64,000 nt of DNA from Eledone cirrhosa (lineage: Eukaryota): NCBI GenBank assembly GCA_964016885.1, contig OZ024749.1:1-64000 (forward strand), given 5' to 3'. The notes beneath the pieces were generated by a model. That model had not been told where the DNA came from. It ran no database searches and was given only the letters and a program-made list of their open reading frames with translations. A program made the translations under genes and the position numbers. Positions 53,286-64,000 of this stretch are shown here, one piece after another (position 1 is the first letter of the stretch; each line of letters opens with the position of its first letter).

Positions 53286-55431
53286 TCTCTATATATCTAT
53301 CTCTCTATCAATCTATCCAGATATCTGTGCATCAGTCTATCTATTTACCTATAAACACCCTCCTCACTCCGTCTCAGGATCACCGAGACATCACCAACAA
53401 CCAACCCACGCTGTGGGAAACAGTCCTCCCCGGGGCACACCCTGGTACTTCACACCATCTGTCTGTCTCGCTGCCTAACTACCGAGAAATCCGGCTTCTG
53501 TGCTTGCCTAATTTGTAGGTTATTAGGCAGTTGGCAGGTTTGCGGAAGTTGGTTTTGCAAATGGTTAAAACACTTGCATCACAAAATTCAAATAGCATCA
53601 CTCCTTGTTTTATCTTTCTCGTCTTTACCTAGGCCTGCATAAGTTAGTGTTACGGTTAGTGTTACTGTTAGCGTTACGGCTAGTTTTAGGGTTAATTGAG
53701 AGCAAGAAACTGCTGCTAGGTAAAGACAAGAAATTCTGCATTTACAAGCAATTTTTACAAACAGCCACAATGACAGGACGGAGACATCGTTATGCTAGCA
53801 GGGGATTTCAATGGTCATGTTGGACAGCTCTACGATGGTTACACTGAGGTACATGTTGGGCACACTTACGGCTTAAGAAATGAAGCAGTGAAACTTCTTG
53901 AATTTTGCGATGCAATTGCACTAACCATCTACAACACTAACTTACACAAATCTGCCAACCACCTAATAACCTACAAATCAGGCAAGCACATAAGCCAGAT
54001 TGACTTCTTGCTAGTTAGGCAGCGGGACAGGCAGATGGTGTCAAATACAAAGGCATACCCCGGGGAAGAATGTACCCCAAGCAAGAGACTGAATGAGACA
54101 TACAGGAAGGTGTGGAAAAAAGAAAGGTCTGGAAGCTAAAAGAGCTCTCACTAAAATACAAATTTAGGAAAGCCCTTCAATATGTGTATGATGAAAAAGA
54201 AGACGATTTAGAGTCGTACAACATAGATGATAACTGGAATTTCTTATGCGATACCTTACTGCAGGTTACTGATGAAACTTGTGGCTGGATCAGAGTTCCA
54301 ACCAGACAGAGAGTGACATGGTGGTGGGACAGCACGGTAGATCGGGCCATTGGAGACTAAAGACTAGCATGGAATGCTTGCAAAATTAGTGCGAGTAGAG
54401 AAGAATATACAGCCGCTAAGAGAGAAGCTAGACGTCAGGTGTACTTAGCATGCAAGGAGGCTGCTCGACGACGTGCGCTGTTCCGTACTGCAAGGCAGTG
54501 TGTCAGTGCAAATCGGGATTAAGTCTGTCCGCAATGATGCCGCTGTACTTTGTGTCACGAATGAGTGTTGATGAGTAGAAAAGAGGACAAAACTCTATTC
54601 CGTCAGGGAAATGGCCATGTTCGATATGCAGAAACGGAACTGGCATAAATTATATAAAACGTACGCAAAAGATCGAGTGCGATAGCAGGCACGTAGTGGG
54701 ATAGCAGGCAAACTAACAGCATATTTTGATTATAATAAAACAAATAATAATAGTAATAATAATAATAATCGTCATTGTTCTTTTCTTCTGTGCCTTTCTT
54801 TGCCTTCTCTGTCATCTGAATAACAAAAATAAAAAGAAAAAAGAATCTTAAACATATGTTGCCTTTACAAAGTGCTGTGATCAAAGTAGCTTTTAAGCAA
54901 TTTCCTAACTAACAAACAACATCAACAAAATATATACAAATATCTTTGAATGTCAAGTCCACCAAGAGAAAATAGTCATAATGTACTTACAGATACAATG
55001 CTAGGGACTCGCATCAATGAGTTTTAGTAGAAAATGACTGACTGACTGTTGAGGGACAGAGGTGTGTTTTCAAATATTTATCAATTCACAACAAAGCCTC
55101 ACAAAGCTACATCATAATGCAAACTCACAACACCCTTCTTATGCAACCTCACCAAGCAACCCCACAACACAACCTCACGTTCACAATTCACAACACTCAA
55201 CAAGGCATTCATTATCTAGGGTTTACAGTAAACATAGCGAGGTAAAACACACCCAGTACACTCTGTAAAGTGGTCATTAGGTTAAGATTAAACTGAAATC
55301 ATACCTCCATTGTCGTTGGCGTATATTTTCTCTAAAACTTAATTTCATTGCTTTCATTTCTATTCTTTTTCTTCTATTCCATCTAAATATGAAAAAAGTT
55401 ATACAGGTCATTTCGTCTTATCAAGAGGTCC

Positions 55432-55468
<37 letters not shown>

Positions 55469-58400
55469 CGAGATAATACCTTAAAATAATGGTAAAAAAA
55501 GTGTTTAATTACGAAAATCCTTTGAAATAACTTCCTCGCTCTTACTGGTCATACCTGCAAAACACAAAACACTAGCGTTACAGTGAAAAGTGCAGTGCAG
55601 TGCAGTGCAGTGCAGTGCAGTGCAGTGTAATTTAGTATGGTGCAGTTTAGTGGCACAGTACACTGTAAAACATTTAGCCAATCTCTCAGACATTTACAAA
55701 TCTTTCAAGATATATATATATATATATATATATGGGAGAGAGAGAAATTACCCTCAGTAGATCAGACAGAGGGACCAGCTATTGAGATTAACGAATATAG
55801 GGTCCAAGAGGCGATTAAGGAAATGAAAAATGGTGAGGCTGCTGGACCATCGGAGATAGTTGCTGAGATGCTGAAGGCCTCAGGGGACGTAGGCACTAAA
55901 CTGGTTGCACACATCATCAATCAGGCTATATATGGCAGTGTCATACCCAAAGACTAGTGCAAAAGTAAAGGGGACGCTCTTGAGAGGAGAAATTATAGGG
56001 ATATAAAACTGATGGATCAGGTTATGAAAGTGGCAGAAAGGATATTAGCACAACTAATTAGAGAAAGGGTCAAACTAGATGAGATGCAGTTTGGTTTTGT
56101 GCCTGGGAATAGTACAACAGATGCCCTCTTCTTGATGAGACAATTACAAGAGAGGTTCTTAGAGAAAAATAAGCCACTATACTTAGCCTTTGTTGACCTA
56201 GAGAAGGCCTTTGATAGGGGTACCCCGATCTGTCATCTTATTATTTAACCTATAAATGGGGCCCTAACAGGTACTACTACACCAGGCCAGAGCAGACCTG
56301 GGAGTTATGACAACAAAGGGGGTAACTCCACGTTCCCCACAGTTCCTCCTGAACTTGAGCCTTGCCACTGGATGTAGTTTAATGTCATACCCAGGACAAA
56401 TATATACATACATATATATATACATACACACATATATATATATATATACATATATACAAATATATATATGCGTACGAAAGTGTGGTTACATGATGCCTAT
56501 GCGAGATGTGCGACCCTGCATGGTAGTGAGACATGGACAGCAACTGCAGAGGGTATGCGATGGCTGGAGAGAAATGAAGCAAGCACGCTCCGTTGGATGT
56601 GCAATGTCAATGTGCGGGAACGACCAAGCATAAACGAGTTGAGAGAGAAACTGTGTTTAAGAGGGATAAGTTGTGGTGTGCAAGAGGGGACTGAGATGGT
56701 ATGGACATGTGATGCGCATGGAGGTTGAGCGCTGGGTAAAGAAGGGAGACGCAGTAGAGGAAGACCACGAAAAACATGGGTGGAGGTGGTGAGAGCCGAC
56801 TTCAGATCGCTGAAACTCACCAAGGAGATGACGAAGGACCGTGACAAGTGAAGAGATGCTTTGCTCAAGAGGACCTGTCCCACCCTTTCAAGCAGGGAAA
56901 AGCGGACGTAAAATGATGAACAGACGATGATAATGATGCTCTCTATATATCTATCTCTCTATCAATCTATCCAGATATCTGTGCATCAGTCTATCTATTT
57001 ACCTATAAACACCCTCCTCACTCCGTCTCAGGATCACCGAGACATCACCAACAACCAACCCACGCTGTGGGAAACAGTCCTCCCCGGGGCACACCCTGGT
57101 ACTTCACACCATCTGTCTGTCTCGCTGCCTAACTACCGAGAAATCCGGCTTCTGTGCTTGCCTAATTTGTAGGTTATTAGGCAGTTGGCAGGTTTGCGGA
57201 AGTTGGTTTTGCAAATGGTTAAAACACTTGCATCACAAAATTCAAATAGCATCACTCCTTGTTTTATCTTTCTCGTCTTTACCTAGGCCTGCATAAGTTA
57301 GTGTTACGGTTAGTGTTACTGTTAGCGTTACGGCTAGTTTTAGGGTTAATTGAGAGCAAGAAACTGCTGCTAGGTAAAGACAAGAAATTCTGCATTTACA
57401 AGCAATTTTTACAAACAGCCACAATGACAGGACGGAGACATCGTTATGCTAGCAGGGGATTTCAATGGTCATGTTGGACAGCTCTACGATGGTTACACTG
57501 AGGTACATGTTGGGCACACTTACGGCTTAAGAAATGAAGCAGTGAAACTTCTTGAATTTTGCGATGCAATTGCACTAACCATCTACAACACTAACTTACA
57601 CAAATCTGCCAACCACCTAATAACCTACAAATCAGGCAAGCACATAAGCCAGATTGACTTCTTGCTAGTTAGGCAGCGGGACAGGCAGATGGTGTCAAAT
57701 ACAAAGGCATACCCCGGGGAAGAATGTACCCCAAGCAAGAGACTGAATGAGACATACAGGAAGGTGTGGAAAAAAGAAAGGTCTGGAAGCTAAAAGAGCT
57801 CTCACTAAAATACAAATTTAGGAAAGCCCTTCAATATGTGTATGATGAAAAAGAAGACGATTTAGAGTCGTACAACATAGATGATAACTGGAATTTCTTA
57901 TGCGATACCTTACTGCAGGTTACTGATGAAACTTGTGGCTGGATCAGAGTTCCAACCAGACAGAGAGTGACATGGTGGTGGGACAGCACGGTAGATCGGG
58001 CCATTGGAGACTAAAGACTAGCATGGAATGCTTGCAAAATTAGTGCGAGTAGAGAAGAATATACAGCCGCTAAGAGAGAAGCTAGACGTCAGGTGTACTT
58101 AGCACGCAAGGAGGCTGCTCGACGACGTGCGCTGTTCCGTACTGCGAGGCAGTGTGTCAGTGCAAATCGGGATTAAGTCTGTCCGCAATGATGCCGCTGT
58201 ACTTTGTGTCACGAATGAGTGTTGATGAGTAGAAAAGAGGACAAAACTCTATTCCGTCAGGGAAATGGCCATGTTCGATATGCAGAAATGGAACTGGCAT
58301 AAATTATATAAAACGTACGCAAAAGATCGAGTGCGATAGCAGGCACGTAGTGGGATAGCAGGCAAACTAACAGCATATTTTGATTATAATAAAACAAATA

Positions 58401-59087
58401 ATAATAGTAATAATAATAATAATAATCGTCATTGTTCTTTTCTTCTGTGCCTTTCTTTGCCTTCTCTGTCATCTGAATAACAAAAATAAAAGAAAAAAGA
58501 ATCTTAAACATATGTTGCCTTTACAAAGTGCTGTGATCAAAGTAGCTTTTAAGCAATTTCCTAACTAACAAACAACATCAACAAAATATATACAAATATC
58601 TTTGAATGTCAAGTCCACCAAGAGAAAATAGTCATAATGTACTTACAGATACAATGCTAGGGACTCGCATCAATGAGTTTTAGTAGAAAATGACTGACTG
58701 ACTGTTGAGGGACAGAGGTGTGTTTTCAAATATTTATCAATTCACAACAAAGCCTCACAAAGCTACATCATAATGCAAACTCACAACACCCTTCTTATGC
58801 AACCTCACCAAGCAACCCCACAACACAACCTCACGTTCACAATTCACAACACTCAACAAGGCATTCGTTATCTAGGGTTTACAGTAAACATAGCGAGGTA
58901 AAACACACCCAGTACACTCTGTAAAGTGGTCATTAGGTTAAGATTAAACTGAAATCATACCTCCATTGTCGTTGGCGTATATTTTCTCTAAAACTTAATT
59001 TCATTGCTTTCATTTCTATTCTTTTTCTTCTATTCCATCTAAATATGAAAAAAATTATACAGGTCATTTCGTCTTATCAAGAGGTCC

Positions 59088-59124
<37 letters not shown>

Positions 59125-62100
59125 CGAGATAATACCTTAAAATAATGGTAAAAAAAGTGTTTAATTACGAAAATCCTTTGAAATAACTTCCTCGCTCTTA
59201 CTGGTCATACCTGCAAAACACAAAACACTAGGGTTACAGTGAAAAGTGCAGTGCAGTGCAGTGCAGTGCAGTGCAGTGTAATTTAGTATGGTGCAGTTTA
59301 GTGGCACAGTACACTGTAAAACATTTAGCCAATCTCTCAGACATTTACAAATCTTTCAAGATATATATATATATATATATATATGGGAGAGAGAGAAATT
59401 ACCCTCAGTAGATCAGACAGAGGGACCAGCTATTGAGATTAACGAATATAGGGTCCAAGAGGCGATTAAGGAAATGAAAAATGGTGAGGCTGCTGGACCA
59501 TCGGAGATAGTTGCTGAGATGCTGAAGGCCTCAGGGGACGTAGGCACTAAACTGGTTGCACACATCATCAATCAGGCTATATATGGCAGTGTCATACCCA
59601 AAGACTAGTGCAAAAGTAAAGGGGACGCTCTTGAGAGGAGAAATTATAGGGATATAAAACTGATGGATCAGGTTATGAAAGTGGCAGAAAGGATATTAGC
59701 ACAACTAATTAGAGAAAGGGTCAAACTAGATGAGATGCAGTTTGGTTTTGTGCCTGGGAATAGTACAACAGATGCCCTCTTCTTGATGAGACAATTACAA
59801 GAGAGGTTCTTAGAGAAAAATAAGCCACTATACTTAGCCTTTGTTGACCTAGAGAAGGCCTTTGATAGGGGTACCCCGATCTGTCATCTTATTATTTAAC
59901 CTATAAATGGGGCCCTAACAGGTACTACTACACCAGGCCAGAGCAGACCTGGGAGTTATGACAACAAAGGGGGTAACTCCACGTTCCCCACAGTTCCTCC
60001 TGAACTTGAGCCTTGCCACTGGATGTAGTTTAATGTCATACCCAGGACAAATATATACATACATATATATATACATACACACATATATATATATATATAC
60101 ATATATACAAATATATATATGCGTACGAAAGTGTGGTTACATGATGCCTATGCGAGATGTGCGACCCTGCATGGTAGTGAGACATGGACAGCAACTGCAG
60201 AGGGTATGCGATGGCTGGAGAGAAATGAAGCAAGCACGCTCCGTTGGATGTGCAATGTCAATGTGCGGGAACGACCAAGCATAAACGAGTTGAGAGAGAA
60301 ACTGTGTTTAAGAGGGATAAGTTGTGGTGTGCAAGAGGGGACTGAGATGGTATGGACATGTGATGCGCATGGAGGTTGAGCGCTGGGTAAAGAAGGGAGA
60401 CGCAGTAGAGGAAGACCACGAAAAACATGGGTGGAGGTGGTGAGAGCCGACTTCAGATCGCTGAAACTCACCAAGGAGATGACGAAGGACCGTGACAAGT
60501 GAAGAGATGCTTTGCTCAAGAGGACCTGTCCCACCCTTTCAAGCAGGGAAAAGCGGACGTAAAATGATGAACAGACGATGATAATGATGCTCTCTATATA
60601 TCTATCTCTCTATCAATCTATCCAGATATCTGTGCATCAGTCTATCTATTTACCTATAAACACCCTCCTCACTCCGTCTCAGGATCACCGAGACATCACC
60701 AACAACCAACCCACGCTGTGGGAAACAGTCCTCCCCGGGGCACACCCTGGTACTTCACACCATCTGTCTGTCTCGCTGCCTAACTACCGAGAAATCCGGC
60801 TTCTGTGCTTGCCTAATTTGTAGGTTATTAGGCAGTTGGCAGGTTTGCGGAAGTTGGTTTTGCAAATGGTTAAAACACTTGCATCACAAAATTCAAATAG
60901 CATCACTCCTTGTTTTATCTTTCTCGTCTTTACCTAGGCCTGCATAAGTTAGTGTTACGGTTAGTGTTACTGTTAGCGTTACGGCTAGTTTTAGGGTTAA
61001 TTGAGAGCAAGAAACTGCTGCTAGGTAAAGACAAGAAATTCTGCATTTACAAGCAATTTTTACAAACAGCCACAATGACAAGACGGAGACATCGTTATGC
61101 TAGCAGGGGATTTCAATGGTCATGTTGGACAGCTCTACGATGGTTACACTGAGGTACATGTTGGGCACACTTACGGCTTAAGAAATGAAGCAGTGAAACT
61201 TCTTGAATTTTGCGATGCAATTGCACTAACCATCTACAACACTAACTTACACAAATCTGCCAACCACCTAATAACCTACAAATCAGGCAAGCACATAAGC
61301 CAGATTGACTTCTTGCTAGTTAGGCAGCGGGACAGGCAGATGGTGTCAAATACAAAGGCATACCCCGGGGAAGAATGTACCCCAAGCAAGAGACTGAATG
61401 AGACATACAGGAAGGTGTGGAAAAAAGAAAGGTCTGGAAGCTAAAAGAGCTCTCACTAAAATACAAATTTAGGAAAGCCCTTCAATATGTGTATGATGAA
61501 AAAGAAGACGATTTAGAGTCGTACAACATAGATGATAACTGGAATTTCTTATGCGATACCTTACTGCAGGTTACTGATGAAACTTGTGGCTGGATCAGAG
61601 TTCCAACCAGACAGAGAGTGACATGGTGGTGGGACAGCACGGTAGATCGGGCCATTGGAGACTAAAGACTAGCATGGAATGCTTGCAAAATTAGTGCGAG
61701 TAGAGAAGAATATACAGCCGCTAAGAGAGAAGCTAGACGTCAGGTGTACTTAGCATGCAAGGAGGCTGCTCGACGACGTGCGCTGTTCCGTACTGCAAGG
61801 CAGTGTGTCAGTGCAAATCGGGATTAAGTCTGTCCGCAATGATGCCGCTGTACTTTGTGTCACGAATGAGTGTTGATGAGTAGAAAAGAGGACAAAACTC
61901 TATTCCGTCAGGGAAATGGCCATGTTCGATATGCAGAAACGGAACTGGCATAAATTATATAAAACGTACGCAAAAGATCGAGTGCGATAGCAGGCACGTA
62001 GTGGGATAGCAGGCAAACTAACAGCATATTTTGATTATAATAAAACAAATAATAATAGTAATAATAATAATAATCGTCATTGTTCTTTTCTTCTGTGCCT

Positions 62101-62736
62101 TTCTTTGCCTTCTCTGTCATCTGAATAACAAAAATAAAAAGAAAAAAGAATCTTAAACATATGTTGCCTTTACAAAGTGCTGTGATCAAAGTAGCTTTTA
62201 AGCAATTTCCTAACTAACAAACAACATCAACAAAATATATACAAATATCTTTGAATGTCAAGTCCACCAAGAGAAAATAGTCATAATGTACTTACAGATA
62301 CAATGCTAGGGACTCGCATCAATGATTTTTAGTAGAAAATGACTGACTGACTGTTGAGGGACAGAGGTGTGTTTTCAAATATTTATCAATTCACAACAAA
62401 GCCTCACAAAGCTACATCATAATGCAAACTCACAACACCCTTCTTATGCAACCTCACCAAGCAACCCCACAACACAACCTCACGTTCACAATTCACAACA
62501 CTCAACAAGGCATTCATTATCTAGGGTTTACAGTAAACATAGCGAGGTAAAACACACCCAGTACACTCTGTAAAGTGGTCATTAGGTTAAGATTAAACTG
62601 AAATCATACCTCCATTGTCGTTGGCGTATATTTTCTCTAAAACTTAATTTCATTGCTTTCATTTCTATTCTTTTTCTTCTATTCCATCTAAATATGAAAA
62701 AAATTATACAGGTCATTTCGTCTTATCAAGAGGTCC

Positions 62737-62773
<37 letters not shown>

Positions 62774-64000
62774 CGAGATAATACCTTAAAATAATGGTAA
62801 AAAAAGTGTTTAATTACGAAAATCCTTTGAAATAACTTCCTCGCTCTTACTGGTCATACCTGCAAAACACAAAACACTAGCGTTACAGTGAAAAGTGCAG
62901 TGCAGTGCAGTGCAGTGCAGTGCAGTGTAATTTAGTATGGTGCAGTTTAGTGGCACAGTACACTGTAAAACATTTAGCCAATCTCTCAGACATTTACAAA
63001 TCTTTCAAGATATATATATATATATATATATATGGGAGAGAGAGAAATTACCCTCAGTAGATCAGACAGAGGGACCAGCTATTGAGATTAACGAATATAG
63101 GGTCCAAGAGGCGATTAAGGAAATGAAAAATGGTGAGGCTGCTGGACCATCGGAGATAGTTGCTGAGATGCTGAAGGCCTCAGGGGACGTAGGCACTAAA
63201 CTGGTTGCACACATCATCAATCAGGCTATATATGGCAGTGTCATACCCAAAGACTAGTGCAAAAGTAAAGGGGACGCTCTTGAGAGGAGAAATTATAGGG
63301 ATATAAAACTGATGGATCAGGTTATGAAAGTGGCAGAAAGGATATTAGCACAACTAATTAGAGAAAGGGTCAAACTAGATGAGATGCAGTTTGGTTTTGT
63401 GCCTGGGAATAGTACAACAGATGCCCTCTTCTTGATGAGACAATTACAAGAGAGGTTCTTAGAGAAAAATAAGCCACTATACTTAGCCTTTGTTGACCTA
63501 GAGAAGGCCTTTGATAGGGGTACCCCGATCTGTCATCTTATTATTTAACCTATAAATGGGGCCCTAACAGGTACTACTACACCAGGCCAGAGCAGACCTG
63601 GGAGTTATGACAACTAAGGGGGTAACTCCACGTTCCCCACAGTTCCTCCTGAACTTGAGCCTTGCCACTGGATGTAGTTTAATGTCATACCCAGGACAAA
63701 TATATACATACATATATATATACATACACACATATATATATATATATACATATATACAAATATATATATGCGTACGAAAGTGTGGTTACATGATGCCTAT
63801 GCGAGATGTGCGACCCTGCATGGTAGTGAGACATGGACAGCAACTGCAGAGGGTATGCGATGGCTGGAGAGAAATGAAGCAAGCACGCTCCGTTGGATGT
63901 GCAATGTCAATGTGCGGGAACGACCAAGCATAAACGAGTTGAGAGAGAAACTGTGTTTAAGAGGGATAAGTTGTGGTGTGCAAGAGGGGACTGAGATGGT

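Larger units (their letters stand above)
49197..64000 (+). repeat. Macrosatellite of near-identical ~3652-bp units (at least 4, runs off the window), each an internally deleted RTE LINE with insertions
   Basis: Identical ORFs at 49621/53273/56927/60578 (spacings 3652, 3654, 3651) and at 52358/56012/59663/63312. Confidence 0.98.

Noticed and set aside
49197-64000. Active telomere-maintaining retrotransposon array (HeT-A/TART or TRAS/SART-like)
   Set aside because: RT catalytic core deleted, stops shared by all units, 39 kb from the telomere and not inserted in telomeric repeats

Overview
Left end of a eukaryotic chromosome. About 10.1 kb of (CCCTAA)n telomere is followed by a ~280 bp variant-repeat zone and ~53 kb of AT-rich, microsatellite-dense subtelomere made almost entirely of decayed transposons. 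The SINE sequences and microsatellite load suggest a mollusc, probably an octopod; this is inferred from recalled sequence similarity, not a search. No intact protein-coding gene, rRNA or tRNA was found; ORF-track entries are telomere or microsatellite artefacts or fragments of RTE, L1/Tx1 and R4/NeSL-type non-LTR elements and Helitron Rep/PIF1. Two tandem arrays built from dead RTE retrotransposons dominate. The older one is a diverged, mosaic ~4.5-5.3 kb triplication (13.3-28.3 kb). The younger is a near-identical ~3.65 kb macrosatellite (49.2 kb to window end) with an alternating A/B 7.3 kb higher-order period; each unit carries a foldback pair of endonuclease fragments around a degenerate TTAGGG-like tract. 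Other notable items: an inverted-repeat module abutting the telomere, a telomere-facing candidate signal-peptide exon, a family of foldback (MITE-like) modules, Helitrons with recognisable termini, and two Helitron helicase halves on opposite strands that meet at the same motif. I cannot support a complete new functional system; the findings are structural leads. Coordinates of decayed elements are approximate.
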